Assembly: GCA_020137815.1 (NCBI GenBank)
Contig: CM035350.1
Coordinates: 8,308,001 to 8,372,000 of the forward strand
DNA: 64,000 bases
Origin: Hormiphora californensis
Taxonomy: Eukaryota; Animalia; Ctenophora
Direction: 5' to 3'
Shown: positions 1-13,441 of the stretch, piece after piece
Position numbering within the stretch: the first letter of the stretch is position 1
Layout of the letters: each line of letters opens with the position of its first letter
Made by a program: the position numbers and the translations under genes
The notes under the pieces: model-generated
What the model was told of the DNA's origin: nothing
What the model saw: the letters and a program-made list of their open reading frames with translations, nothing else
The model's database searches: none

Positions 1-373
1 CCTAGATCAATATATCACGAAGCTCTCAAAAAGAATTTGAGAAAACACAAAATTCCATCTCGGGACATGTCTATGTTATTTCCTGAGAGCCCATTAATTC
101 TCAGTATATGCTGAGTGCTATCTGATTGATTGATGGAAATACATGCTGCCTGATCAGATGTGTACGATGCAAGAAAAACATTGAGAGCCGTTCAGATCAC
201 GACCCTAGTAATGCAGATGAATTCTTGGGACCCGTTTTTCTAGCGAAAAGTGAACGTGTATCGCTAGTAAAACTGCTTTCTACTGGGCGGTCCTGTGTAA
301 AGGTTGTGTGTATACGAAGTATCGAGGAGTGCAAGCCACTTACGTCTCCAGCTGCTGTATCGACATAGTTAGA

Positions 374-425
<52 letters not shown>

Positions 426-3266
426 AGACGATCGTGAGATACGTCAGAGCGTAGAGCAACGCTAGCGATGTGCTCTCCGAGGCTAATGCAGCGTAGCTAG
501 CCTGAAGGCCAAGAGATGCGACTCTCTCTCTCTTCCGAAACTATTGGGGTTTAAGCATTTAATAAACCCCATAGGTATAATGAAATTTCCCTTTGAAAAT
601 ATGAAAAAGGGCCCTGCCTGGTGGGGCACTTGGGCCAAAGTTTAAACTTTAGGGGAGTTTCAATCTTCTCTTGACCTGGGCTTTTGACTCCTTTTGACCA
701 AAAAAATGCCTTATTTTTTTTTGCCCCCCTTACTTTTTTCCCGGGGGAAAAACCCCCAACCCCAAATACACCTAACCCTATAAACCATTAAAAAAATAAA
801 TTTTTAAAAGGGAAAATTTGCAAAATTTTCCTCCCATTTGGGGAAAATGGGGCCACTTGGGCCCGGGGAAGTTTCCCTTCAACCCCGGCCAAAAAACTAA
901 TTAAAAATATACCCCTTTCCCCCTTTTTCGTTTTTAATTCTTTTCAGAGGGGAGGTTTTTTCCCCTTTCCCCCCGGGGAATCGCCCCTCCTTTCCTTTTT
1001 TTATACCCCTTTCCCCCCCCCGAGCGAAAAAACCCCCCCCCCCCCAAAATTCCCCCCAGCCCCCCATGCCCAGGAACCCCTGGGGAACCCCCCCTTAACA
1101 CCCAGGATAGGCTAGGCAACCCTGAAAAGAGGAAATAAAAATGGCTTCCTAAAAGAGGTACAAAAAAAAGGAAAAACAGAGAGGGCGGATTAAAAGATAA
1201 AAAAATCCCCCCCTTAAATGCAAGGAGAAATTTTTGGGGGCGGGCCGGCCCAACCCTCCCCGAAAAGGAGAGCCCGTAGGCAAAGAAACTGCCAGGCCGG
1301 GGGGCCGGGGGGAAAAAGGGTGGAAAAAAGAAAAAAAAGGGAAGGGGAAAAAAAGCAAGGCCCCCCGGGGCGGCGAAAAAAGGGAAAGAGGGGGAAAAGA
1401 GAGGGGGGAAGTTTCGGGGGGAAAAAGGGGGAGAAGCCGGGCAAGAGGGAGGGGGGAGAAAAGGGGAAAGAGAGAGGGGAGAGAGAGAGGGGGAGGCGAG
1501 GAAAAAGAAAAAGCGAGCGGAGGAGGGGAGAGAGACGGAAGGGGGGAGGGGAGAGGAGGGGAGGGGGGAGAAAAAGAAAAGGAGAGAAGAAGAAGAGGGG
1601 GAGAGAAGAGAGGGGAGGGGGGGGGGGGGAGGGAAAGAGAGAGAAAAGGGAGAAAAAAAGAGAGGGAGGGAGGAAAGAAGAAAGAGAAAAGGGGGGAAAA
1701 GAGGAGAGAGAAAAAGGGGGGGGAAAGGGGAAAAGGGGGGAGAGAGAGAAAAGGAAAAAGGGGAGAGAGAAAATAAGGGGAGAGGAAAAGAGGGGAGAGA
1801 GAGAGAGAGAGAGAGAGAGAAGCACGGAGGCCAAGTAACAGGATTAATGTAAAGGGGGGAAGGCCCCCCCCTCAAAAAGGGTAACCTGCATGAAAATACC
1901 GGGGATTTTAACACAACACTCTCTCCAATGCGCTTCCCTTGCAAGTTAGCTTCTAGAAAAGCAATAGTTTTTCCGACCTCGTGGTATTATACAGCAAATC
2001 TACCCCCGCCCTACCAAAATATTCATTACGTAACACACACTGACACACCAAAATAGTAGCTACAGGAAAGGGATACAGAAGCGAAGAAAAGGACAGAAGA
2101 ATGAGAGAGATCGAAATAGAGAGATTGAAGAATAGAAAGAGCATTTCTACAATTAATTGTTGCCGATTATTCCATTATTAGAAGATCCCATTGTTACCAG
2201 AAGTTACCAGAAGTTACCAGAAGTTAGCAATTCCCAATCCTAGAATAATGGAGCATATTATAGGATGTAACTGACAACGCCTGCTTGATCCATCTACCTC
2301 TCACCAACGTCCAATCTTTCATTAACCTTTCACATCCTCTCCCTCTCTCTTTCTCTCTGGTTTTCTCTCTCTCTATCTATCAGTATTCCTCTCTCTTGAT
2401 AATAGCTGCAGACTCAACATGCATATACAGACAATCCCCTCCTAACTAAGCCCCCTCTTGCCTCTAACCCTCAATCATCTCTCCCTTTTCACATTCTCTC
2501 CCTCTCTCTCCCTTTTCACATTCTCTCCCTCTCTCTCCCTTTTCAATTTTCAGGGATCCCTTGCATGGTAGCCCAGCTCCAGCGACCCACACACATCCAC
2601 TCTCACACACAGATTGACATGCAATGTACGTATGTTCAACAACCACGAAAGACAAACAGCAAGTGCACAACAAGCCGTCGAATCGGGGGGCAGGTACTAA
2701 ACAAACTGTCATACACTGCAGCACTCACAAACATGCCCTCATACATATATTACAGACCATTGCGGGTGAATAAACATAGCCTGACCGCTATAAAAAGCAG
2801 TTTAAGCCGCTAAAGTTTATAACCAATAAACCCTTGCTTTATTTTAAGTATGTATGAACCGCTCCGGCAGTCGGGTTTTTATACCATATAATACCACCCT
2901 ACCCCCTGAATCGCACGTTGGGAGTCGACCCGCAACATACAATCCCGGGTTTATTGAGTACATTGATGTGTGGGAGGAAGATGGTCGGGATGATAAACAA
3001 TCAGAAAATGGCCCACAATACCATGGTTATTATAGAAACAGAAGCACAGACAGAGAGAGAGAGAGGTTGGGCCAGAAACATAGATGATAGAGAGATGTTG
3101 GGCCAGAAACATAGAGAGAGAGAGAGATAGAGAGATTTAGTTGTCACTTGTCACCCGTTAGAGAGATTGAGACTGCAAAATCCATTGTTTGTACAACAGC
3201 TTGTCACGTATTGCTGCAGTTGCTTCTCCCATTGCTGTCTGCCAAGTCTCTCTCTCTCTAGATTTA

Positions 3267-4665
3267 TCGTAAGTTGGGGTAACTTTGTACCACTTTTTAG
3301 CATTCTCCTAAAATAACTCCTTGCCAGAACCACACTCGAAAATTTTTGAACCAAATAATCCCGTTCCAGACCTAGTACACCAGATATAACTAGTGAAATT
3401 TTTGGTCCCCTCTCATTTAATTACATTAATTAACGTGTATTTTAGTGTAAGTGGGGTTTTAGGGCATGGGGTAACTTTGGAATGAGGGTGGGGTAACTTT
3501 GGACACCCGTCCAAAGTTACCCCACGATAGTAATATTGGAACAAACATAAATCCGAACATTTTGCAATGATAAATAAATGAACCTAAAATGTTTAAATGG
3601 GGTTTAAATGTGTCAATGAATTAAAAAAGAACAATAGGGTTAGCCAAACGCCCCATGATTTTAAAAAATCAACTTTTTCGGGTGTGAGGAATGATGAAAC
3701 TAGCCACCAAATAAAATTTGAGCTCAATCGGACTTGATTTAGAGGTTGCCACATCCGACCTGAAACCCATCAAACTTCAGTAATTTGGGGTCCCTCATCC
3801 ATCCTGTAGTTTGGTAGATGGTATTGGCCCTCTAGCCTCTAGGCGAGTGTGTTAGTTCTTTTTTGCTGAATTGGTTAGCCAGGAAGTGGTCTACTTATGG
3901 GTAGTGGCTAAATAAAGGAGTTTTGGTACCTGTGCTCCTGCATAGATTGTCTACAAGAACTAGAACACTCGCCTAGAGATCCAATACCATATAACAAGCT
4001 ACAGGATGGATGAGGAACCCCAAATTATTGAAGTTTGATGGGTTTCAGGCCGGATTTCTGTGATTTAGCTCCATAAAATAGTCCAAATCCTAGTTTTTTT
4101 CACTAACATATCAAATAGATGGATGGAAATGGGCGTGGAGTGTGCTGAATCTTGGTTTTATGGCCCTAAACAATTCAGAGAGGGTCTAAGGCAAATATAC
4201 AGACATCAAAAGTTGAAAACCTATAGTGTGGGGTAACTTTGGCACCCCGTCCAAAGTTACCCCAAAATTCAAAAAATGGTGGGGTAACATTAGCCACCCC
4301 TATTAGTCTCAATTAAAGTAATTGATCGGGTTTGAAAAATGGTGCCCCGAATTATTTGATCGAAACCCTTCCACTCTATGGAGCAAACTTGATTCGGTCA
4401 TTAGCCCGGTCAAATCTATGGTACCCATTTTGATTTGAACATTTTTAGCGATTTTGACATCAATTATGTTTGCCCCTAATTAGGAGCTAATTAGCATAGA
4501 ATTGAAAAAAATAATTGTACTGTTAGTTAGACATTTGTGGGTCAATTACTTATACACCCAAAAATTATGCCAAATCTGTCGTTATCTGTTGGTAATTTTG
4601 GACTAAAGCCAAATTTTGAAAGTGTCCAAAGTTACCCTGCAAAACAAAGTTACCCCAGATTACGG
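3267..4665. mobile_element. Non-autonomous TA-flanked TIR DNA element (Tc1/mariner-pogo-like), about 1.4 kb
   Basis: Left end ta-tcgtaagttggggtaactttg and right end caaagttaccccagattacgg-ta are near-perfect inverted repeats flanked by TA. The internal motif ggggtaactttg recurs in both orientations. No transposase ORF. Confidence 0.7.
3754..4054. mobile_element. Nested foldback/MITE with about 100-bp inverted arms
   Basis: cctgaaacccatcaaacttcagtaatttgggg...catccatcctgtag...ctctaggcgagtgt...agttctt (about 3755-3860) is the reverse complement of aagaact...acactcgcctagag...ctacaggatggatg...aagtttgatgggtttcagg (about 3955-4053). Confidence 0.65.
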
Positions 4666-5076
4666 TACTTGATTAGGTTGCAAATTAGACAGTTTGCGGT
4701 ATTGAAAACTCATGTTTCCTCATTAGAAGATTGTACACATGTCAAAACAATCACAAACATAGAAACAGCTTCAAGTGACTGCTACATGGTTACACCATCA
4801 CTCCAGACTCTCTCTCACTATAATATCTTTGAAAACAAAAATAAATAATCAACAAATAAGAAATTAAATAACTTATTTCTCTGTATTTTTCAAGCGTTTG
4901 AGTACCCTTTTTAACCAACTGAATAATTCACTCAAATAAGTCACACAGTTAAATGTTAAACCTCTTTATCGCAACATTTCAACGTCTCTTTCTTCTCACA
5001 AACATCCCCAGTCCGAAACCATGACACTGTCAAGATGATGAACTTTTTATCAGTCTGTCACAAAGTTCAGCCCCCG

Positions 5077-6740
5077 CTAAGATATGGATTTCAGAGTTGC
5101 CCTGATGTTTGCCACCGAGGAGGATAGTTTGAGGCCCCGATGAATGACAGATCCCTTTCTGATGGGCGTGGAGCCAGCCCGCTGGTGGATCTTCCTAAAC
5201 TGCAGGAGATACGAGAGAGGTTTTCCCAGGGCTTCATGCTCAATAAGGGTGGTTATCTGAGAGAGCTCGTCAGATGTCTTGGCAGCACTCCAATACTTCC
5301 CAAACTTGTACCTGTGTGTGGATTATATATTTATTGATATGTGTTATATTATATTGTATGGGAATAACATACTACTCTGCAGCAGCACTGATAAGATAGC
5401 AGTGTCTCGTGTTTTTGTCTAAATCTATACAGCTCCAGTCACAGCATTACTACTCAAAGTCAAATATCGTCTATATCCGGCCCCCTCTCTCTCTCTCTCT
5501 TTATCCCTCTCTCTGTCTTTTGACTTTCTTGTTTTTACCATATCGAACAGTACAGGTCCATGACAATGTATATGAGTTGTTTCTGACGGATAAATTGTCT
5601 GTTGAGAGACTCCTTTCGTACCAACTTGACAACAATCTTGGAAAAGGTCAAACCAAGTAATGCGAAGGGAAATCCTTTAGTAGAATTGGTTGACGAGTGA
5701 AATACTGAAACAAAAAGGGACTTATAAGGAAGTTTTTAGGAGGTTAATAATAGTCAGTTGTCAAGCAGGGGGGTCTCGAAAGTTAAAAATAGACTGAGTT
5801 GAACATACCTTCTTCAGCAAGTCCACGATACTGGGTAATGAAGTACAGCAGACAAATTGCCCCAATCATTTTGGGTGAGGTGAGATCGATTGATGGGTCA
5901 GTGTGGTTAAATCCTACATCAATCCAATGTGCTCCGAGGGCAGGGCAGGTGAGAGGGCCGCCCATCAGCCGAGAATAGATGGATTGGAGGATTAGCAGGT
6001 GGATCGGTTCTGATCTTTCGTACCTAACCGAGGGAGTAAATTACAATAGCTATCTACTGTGTGGCTATTATAATGAGTTTCATATATGTGATAAAATCCT
6101 GGCCACGCCACTATATTTTATTGGGTTGAACTATTTTGGGTGGGAAAATAAAACACGATTTATATAACATCACGCACACCCAGGGATCCCACACAGCAGT
6201 TGCTACAGCTAAGGGACCCCTATGCAGCTAAGGGACCCCTAGAATATATAGGACCCCTAGACCCCTAGAATGTACAAATTATGATATATCGTTAAAAATA
6301 TGTACTTACTTTGTTTCTGCCATCATAAGAAAGATATCTTTTTCATTTTGCAGGGAACTAGGTAATTTTGGATGAGGCGAGAATATCCCCAGAATCTTGG
6401 TATTGCCCGATTTTGCATTCTGCTCATCCAGGAACTTCATCATTTTGACGGGGTCCTGGTTCTGGAAATGTGAGAGAACCTCTGTGAACTCTATGTAGCT
6501 CTCTGATTTCATTGAGGGTTTCCGTTTCTCGCACCGTGCTGAGCTACCTCTCCGTTGGTAGGGTTCGTCCAGTGTTTCCGAGTCAAATGAAGCACTAAAA
6601 TCCAGGTGGTCATGTGATGGTTTGCTTGGTTTCGCTGAGCAACTGTATGATCGCGTGGGGAAAGCAGAGAGATCGAAGGAATCATCGAACACATCCGAAT
6701 CCTCACTGACATTTGGGCTGGAGGATCTTGCTCGAATCAT
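5077..6740 (-). CDS. ELMOD3: ELMO-domain protein, ELMOD3-like (about 348 aa, 4 exons)
   Basis: Exons 6740-6310, 6023-5809, 5704-5539 and 5311-5077 have GT-AG boundaries and consistent phases (1047 nt). The translation HLLILQSIYSRLMGGPLTCPALGAHWIDVGF..DP..DL..CLLYF..FPFALLG..LVRKESLNRQF follows the ELMOD3 ELMO domain. Confidence 0.8.
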
Positions 6741-6818
6741 GTTTCTAGGATAGTTATTGTTGCATATGATCAACTTGAGCTTGATATTGGCAAACGCAGC
6801 GCTTTTCAAAGCGCTTTT

Positions 6819-7507
6819 GTAAATGTAAATGTAAATGTAATATAATCATTTATATATACCACTTTATAGTGTAAAATAATGGAGCACGCACCAACAGCCT
6901 ACGCTTGACATACTCTCTCACTTTCAAAAGTGGTACAGATACAAACACGAGCATAACAAAACACGAACATACAAACACGAACATAAACACGAACATACAA
7001 AACACGAACATACAAAACACGAACATATACCACGAACATTCAAAACACGATCATAACAGTTACTAGAACATCGGGACAAATAAATAGACCAACAAATCAA
7101 CCCACCGACAAATAAATAGACTTGTTTTGTTCAAACCGGGGCGCGGGGAGGGAGGGTCGAACAAGGCAAAAATAGACCAACTAATCAACCCACCGACAGA
7201 CCACCAAAGTCAAACAAACTGTACAAATAATGCAAACAATAAATAAATAAATTAGCTGTCCTTCAAACATGCAGTCCTTGAGAGTGTGTATTTCGATACA
7301 GAGTTTGTTTCGGTTGATATTATTGTCTGGACATACAAGGCATAGTTTTTTTATCGAGAAAAACGTTTAAAAACGGAGTGTATGGTCTTCACTCTTCTTT
7401 CTTCGGCCTCTCTCAGCCAGTCTGCAACCTCATCTACTCAACTCTACACAAACTCGAAAGGCCAAGATACGTTTAAACAAAAATACACACAAAGAATCTA
7501 AAATACT
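6819..7507 (-). mobile_element. Retroposon (SINE or LINE 3' end) with (ACATTT)n tail, copy 1
   Basis: Near-identical reverse complement of 36259-36865. It has an (AAATGT)n tail at 6819-6840 and internal (AACACGAACATAC)n subrepeats. Confidence 0.75.
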
Positions 7508-7984
7508 CTGTCAAAGCTTAATATTGAAAATAGAAAGAATCGGCTCAACCGACGGTTGACAACCGTTACTCGATAGCCGATAGGCGATAACGTTACCGCT
7601 CGGCCTTGGCAACGCTGCTGGCAGCGCGGGATAAGGCAGCGCTTTTCAACGCTCGGCCTTGAATTTGGAAAAGAAGAGATGTAATGAAAACAGAAATCGA
7701 GCTGATTTGAGAATTTTTTTGAGAGTCTGATTTGAGAAATAGCAAGTGGCCGAGGCGCGGCATCTTGCTCGTGTATTTATTCGCGCGTTACATTATTATG
7801 TTCGCAAAAGGCAAGCTTCCCCTCGTCCGACCCGAAGTTGGAATCATATGGGTTTAGTTTGTCGAACCGGCAAGTTGCTAACATGTTTCAAATCTTCACT
7901 ACTTCTCAAATGATCCCATACTTTCAGTCTAATCCCAAAATCCTATTAAAAATAGAGACAAAAATAACGGCACCAAACTGTGAA

Positions 7985-9320
7985 ATGCCCTTGCATTAGT
8001 GCGAGTAGAATAAAATCAATTTTCTATCTAAAGGCCGAGTTTATAGCAAGAAAGGACTATTTTACAACGAATTCTCTGGTTAGTATGGTAACCAACTCCG
8101 TTGTCATGGTAAATCAATCGAACTCTATCGAGTTCTATCGCCAGCAACTGGATGAAAATTTATCCATTTCATTATGCACAATGCACAGGCTTTGGTTACG
8201 AAGTTACCCCTTGCCAGCGTGTGCACGCGAAGGTCGCCCGGCGACAGAGTGTGAGGTGTCTTCGATACCAAGCACAGGCTTGTGTAACAAAAAGGGGCGT
8301 TTTTATAGCTTATTGTTCATCATAACCTGAAATAAATAATTTTCATTACTTTCACAAAGGCTCAAAGTTTGAATATCAAATTTGCCAAAATTGTGCAGGG
8401 GCCACCCCAAAATTAATCTCTAAGTAATTAATTAATTAATTTTGACTATTCCCACTTTCTGTAGATTATATTATATGTTTTATGCATGAAGAACATTCCT
8501 AGAAAGTTTCAAGTCGATATTTTAAGCAGAACGGAAAATATAATTTAGTGCATGGGCAAACAAAATGGTGCAAGGGCACATGTTCAGGGGAAATTTGCAC
8601 AAATTGTGCAAGGGCAAATTTTAATTAATTTGCCTATAATTAATTACCTAATTGATATATTAATCATACGGCTCTTCTAGTACTCGTAGTTATGCTACTA
8701 GAACATGCATAGAAAGTTTCGTGTCAAAATATTAAACGGTGTGGACACAGTTCGATCATAAAATTGGTGCAAGGGCTGCCCTTGCACCATTTGCCCTTGC
8801 ACATTGCCTGCCCTTGCACCAAATTCCATTTTTTGCACGGCTCTAACTAACTAATTAATTAATTTTGACTATTCCCACTTTTCGAACATCATCTTTTATG
8901 ATTGAAGAACATTCCTACAAAGTTTCAAGTTGATATTTTAAGCAGAACGGAAAATAGAATTTGGTGCAAGGGCGCGGTGCAAGGGACAGAACACGCAATG
9001 TGCAAGGGCACGGTGCCCTTGCACCATTTTTAATTACCTATAATTAATTAATTAATTAAAAATTCAAAAATCCGCCAACGTCATGACACAAAGGAATACT
9101 ACAAGAACATGCCTACAAAATTTCAAGTCGATATCTCAAACGGTGTGGCCACAATCGTTGACATGTTTTTTGCCCCCCCCCCCCCCCCCCAAAAAAAAGA
9201 CCTTTCTTTGTTCTTAATAGGGCCGGCATTTTTGGGTTTTTGTGCAAGGGCAAAAATTTTTTTTTCTTTTTTTCGTTTTTTGCTGTTTTCTTCGGGTCGG
9301 AGGTGCCTGCCGGCACCTAA
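7985..9320. repeat. Internally repetitive element with many TGCAAGGGC/GCCCTTGCA motifs
   Basis: The 9-bp motif occurs repeatedly in both orientations. Blocks 8425-8545 and 8852-8960 are duplicates, and gaacat..aaagtttc recurs four times. A hairpin aggtgcctgccggcacct lies at 9301-9318. Confidence 0.55.
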
Positions 9321-10272
9321 ATGAACAATAGCGCTGCCGCATTAGCTCTTTCTCGCGCGCGCGCATTCGTTTTTTTCAATTGAAAATCCGCTCATTTTTC
9401 ACTTTTTTGTCGATATTTTCACTTTTTAGCAAGTTTTCTCATTGTCTTCTCTTCTCTTGTCCAAAAAGTGGGTCCTGGACCCACTGGACTCAGCCTAGCT
9501 CCGCCACTGCGACTTTCAAACGCTCAATTAAAGCATTCAATGGCTGCTGACTGCGTCTAAAACGTCATGGAAACTGGAAACGCATTGTTGACGGCCGGCG
9601 GTTCATGCAGGCGGTCTATATGACGCCCACGGTCATGTCAGTCTGTAATTGAGTGTTAAACTACCTCTAAATGATTTTTGGGTCACTTGCCACACGCTGA
9701 GCAAACCACATACCGCCCGGGTATGGGTAACTATGGCGCTAAGCTCTCCCCTTTTTCAATTTTGGTGAAATGGGGGAACCTATGGCATCAGTCATAAAGT
9801 CTGTCGAATTGGTAACGTTTTGCCTTTGAGAGAGTCTTGAGATTGATTTAGTCTGGACCTCTAAATGTTTGGTTTATCACAAAATCACTCATGTTGACAG
9901 ACGGCAGTTATAATTTACTAGAGTACCCGAGCTATGACAATGCGCAAAAAGGGGTGGCACGCGACTTTAACCACGTGGTGATCTAACCGCTCCTACTATC
10001 ATACACATTGGGTTTTTGAAAAACAGCGAGGCGGGTAAATCATTTACTGTAACGCGCGAATTTTCCCAAAAAAGCGCTGCTTTTTTACGCCGCGCAGAAC
10101 CTAAAATTACGCGCGCAGTGTAAAATTTTAAAATTCATTGAAAATTTCCTCGCGTTTTATGTCGCAAAAAAAAGTCGACGAAAAATTCCAAATTCGTGAA
10201 TTATAAGAACTCCCGACTCCGGTCAGTTCTCATCTTGCCAATCCGTTTTCCGGGAACCCCTGGCCAAAGGAC

Positions 10273-10660
10273 ATAAGGAACCATAATAAAGTTCAAGAGC
10301 CTCCAAGAGCACCCAAGAGCGTACCCGATCGAAGAGAGACCACACCTGAGAGCGCACCACACCCAAAAGAGACCACTTCCAAGAGCGCACCACCTCCAGA
10401 AGACACCACTTCAAGAGCGCACCACATCAAAGAGAGCTCCCCATCCAGAAGACACCACGCGCAGGGGACACCACGCGCAGAAGAGACCAGCGCGGCGTTG
10501 TATTTGCGCGTGCGGTCTCTTCTGCGCGTGGTGTCCCCTGCGCGCGGTATCTTCTGGACGGGGAGCTCTCTTTGATGTGGTGCGCTCTTGGAGTGGTGTC
10601 TTTTGGAGGTGGTACGCTCTTGGATGGGGTGGGCTCTTGAACTTTATTATGGTTCCTTAT
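10273..10660. mobile_element. Palindromic foldback MITE with about 30-bp internal subrepeats
   Basis: Perfect 28-bp terminal inverted repeats (ataaggaaccataataaagttcaagagc / gctcttgaactttattatggttccttat). The arms continue inward as inverted subrepeats around a short loop at about 10490-10512. Confidence 0.75.
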
Positions 10661-10754
10661 TAAAATTCACATACCGACCAAGTTTCATATCGATTGGATA
10701 AGATTTTGGGTGGCTACGGTGAAAAATATCGCATTTTTGGCATTTTTTCCCTGC

Positions 10755-11510
10755 CCGGGTGATTGCCGAAGGCAATCACCCGGGATGATGTTTTTAGCAC
10801 GCACGTGCTAAAAAGATCATTCAGGGTTTAGAAATCAGCAGATCGTGGAGTTAACTAAAATGTCCGTCCGTCCGTCCACCGTTACCGGCGCCGCGCACAT
10901 AACAACGCTCTTTGAATGAGTCAGTCGTCCGCAAAGTTATCCCACAACGGACCACGGTGGCGCGCGCTCAAAATTTGCATAGCTTAGTGTCACATAACAT
11001 TGTAATTAGGCGTTGGCGACGACGATCAGATCACATTGCACGGTATCATCTAGTGTGGGCGACGCTTAAGAGATCTCATCGCTTATCAGTAAATGTGATC
11101 GGTTCGAGTATTCGTTGGCAGGGAAACACAGCATTATGAAACATAATGCAATAATAATTCTTGTTAACTTTCCCGACGCGATTTACGACCCTTAAACATT
11201 GAGTTACGGGAAATCGCTATCAGGTAAAATGAAGTTCAAACGATTCTCTTTCCCCACTATTGCGTTAGTTTTTTGATTTAGAGCCGTTTTCAGGGTCTTA
11301 GAAGCGTTTGAAAAATGTAAGTCTTTTTGTCGCAATGACGTCACCCCGTGACGTCACTGCTGTAAAGATCGGATCAAAAATCTGAGCCCGTACTTACACC
11401 CGCCTTGGTCCAAAGTACCAGTGTACAAATTTTCAGGGGTCTAGCTCAAAAACTGTAGGAGGAGTAGGGAGAAAACAATTATCGGACTAACATTTTGGAA
11501 ATTATTATAT
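10755..11510 (+). mobile_element. Possible Helentron-associated (HINE/DINE-like) non-autonomous element
   Basis: Hairpin cccgggtgattgccgaaggcaatcacccggg, palindrome tttttagcacgcacgtgctaaaaa and a (GTCC)n microsatellite at 10862-10877 are typical HINE components. The right boundary is approximate. Confidence 0.4.
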
Positions 11511-11876
11511 GGATCTTTCAATCAAAACTGCACGTTTTGCTTTCTAATTTCTCAGCCAACTTATAAAAGGATAAGGAATAAGAATTGTTGATTACTGATA
11601 TACCGGCGACCTCTAGTAGTCATGAGACACAGGCGTAACCATAAATAACGTCCGCTACACATCTACTAGAGTCTTTAACAGGTCGTACATCACCATCCTT
11701 TTCCTTTCCATGTGCCTATTGAGTCTTGACCGCTCCAAATTCTTTTAATTTCCTATCTTAATGGGTATAAGTTCACCCCAGCGTACACTCTACACAATTT
11801 TATCTGTCTTTTTAAGTTCCTTACTTAAAACGTTCATCAAGTACAACTGAACTATTTATTGAGTATTTCTCAGGAT

Positions 11877-13214
11877 ATGCCGATCGTGATAAAGGATTTC
11901 GATTGGACAGAATCCCTCAAGAAGATAATCATCACTCTACCCCGTAAAAAAGTGAAAACCTCTAGTGTTGACGTTCTTGTTACCCCGCTCTACTTGAAAG
12001 TTAACTTCAGTCCCTACTTTTTCGAGTTGCACCTCCATCATGAAATTGACGATTCAGCTGCGAGAACGGTTCTCGAGGGAGACACAATTACAATTCACCT
12101 CCACAAACGGGAGGAGGTTATTTGGGAAGTTGTAGGGAATCCTGAGGCACGGGACGCTGCAATAAGACGAGATCTGGTACGCAAAGCAGTTGAGTATAAC
12201 GAGAATAAGGTGAAGGCGGAAGTTGAGGAGAGAGCTAAAGTGAAAGCAGAACAAAACAGGCAGGCACTGCGTACGGCGATGGATCAAGATAGCAAGGAAC
12301 GGGAGAGGATTGAAAATGTAAAACAGGCAGAAAGGGACAAGGTAACGGATGAGATGAACGAGTGGCAGCAGTTAGACGATGATGAACGAGAGAGAAAGTA
12401 TCTCCAGTCAATCAAACCCCAAACTGGTGCGGGAGGGGATCAGGTATCAGACACGCCAGCAGACGTGTCCTCGGAAAACGTTGTTGAAACAGCTGATCAC
12501 ATAAAAGAAGACCATGAACGCGCCCGGAAATTCGAAAAGATCAAGCACAACCTTGCTAATCCTCTGAAACCAAGGGAGCCGGAGGAAACTAAGATGGACC
12601 AGAAACCATTATTATGGGAGAGCGATGGTCCCCGGAAATCTTCTGAGATCTCGGTCTCATTTACCCAGCGTTATTTCCCCTCCGCAGCACGGGAATCTCT
12701 CAAGGCAGAAGAGGAGGCTTGGATAGAAAAGAACGTTAGAGCACAAAGCGTGATAAAACCCGCTGACGGGGACACCAAGGATGAAGAACGAAATCCGATG
12801 TGGTTGTGTGATAAGGCGGGAGTGTTTTATAAACAGGGCAACTTTCCTGCAGCTATTAATGCTTATTCTGAGGCTATTAAAATTTCACCTGATCTACCTA
12901 AACTTTATATTAACCGGGCCTCGTGTTACATTGTATTGAATCTGTTTGAGGATGCCGTTACTGATTGTACTCGGGCTCTGGACTTGCTAACCCCGCCTGT
13001 TGAGGGAAATAGAATGTCCCGGTTGAGGACTCTAGCTAAAAGAGGTTCAGCTTATTGTCAATTGGGCTGTTTTCAGGATGCCCTATCTGATTACAGACTT
13101 GCCCTAAAACTGGCCCCTGAAGATAAGAAACTAGGGGAGGACGTTCAGTTACTTGAGAAAAAGTTAAACATTTCAATGCCTAGTAGTGATGCAAGTAGAG
13201 CAGTTGCTACGTGA
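11877..13214 (+). CDS. DNAAF4: Dynein axonemal assembly factor 4 (DYX1C1); CS/p23 domain, coiled coil and C-terminal TPRs; intronless
   Basis: Starts MPIVIKDFDWTES (ATG 11877). Contains YLKVNFSPYFFELHL, ISVSFTQRYFPSAARES..EEEAW, ERNPMWLCDKAG and TPRs including ALDLLTPPVEGN, all characteristic of DYX1C1. Confidence 0.92.
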   Translation: MPIVIKDFDWTESLKKIIITLPRKKVKTSSVDVLVTPLYLKVNFSPYFFELHLHHEIDDSAARTVLEGDTITIHLHKREEVIWEVVGNPEARDAAIRRDLVRKAVEYNENKVKAEVEERAKVKAEQNRQALRTAMDQDSKERERIENVKQAERDKVTDEMNEWQQLDDDERERKYLQSIKPQTGAGGDQVSDTPADVSSENVVETADHIKEDHERARKFEKIKHNLANPLKPREPEETKMDQKPLLWESDGPRKSSEISVSFTQRYFPSAARESLKAEEEAWIEKNVRAQSVIKPADGDTKDEERNPMWLCDKAGVFYKQGNFPAAINAYSEAIKISPDLPKLYINRASCYIVLNLFEDAVTDCTRALDLLTPPVEGNRMSRLRTLAKRGSAYCQLGCFQDALSDYRLALKLAPEDKKLGEDVQLLEKKLNISMPSSDASRAVAT

Positions 13215-13441
13215 TGCTGTTTCCATAGGCAACCAGTATTTGTAACATTCAGATTAGAGCACTAATACAAGTGTGTTTATTTTATTTATAATCAGAGCTT
13301 GTAAATAATTTATATAACGATGTAAACTTATTGTAAAGTTGTCTCACAATTTCAAACTTTCACAATTGCTAATCCTGTATAAATCGTGTTATGGTATACT
13401 AACTGACCAACTCTGTTTCTCTAATATAGCATACCTGCACA

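Noticed and set aside
530-1950. Long ORFs 934-1944 (-), 1214-1834 (-), 1218-1838 (+) and 1234-1776 (+)
   Set aside because: Purine/pyrimidine homopolymer-rich, error-like sequence. The translations are low-complexity artefacts.
2554-3240. Possible small exons (acceptor at 2553; hydrophobic and Cys-rich segments)
   Set aside because: No consistent gene model or recognisable protein could be built.
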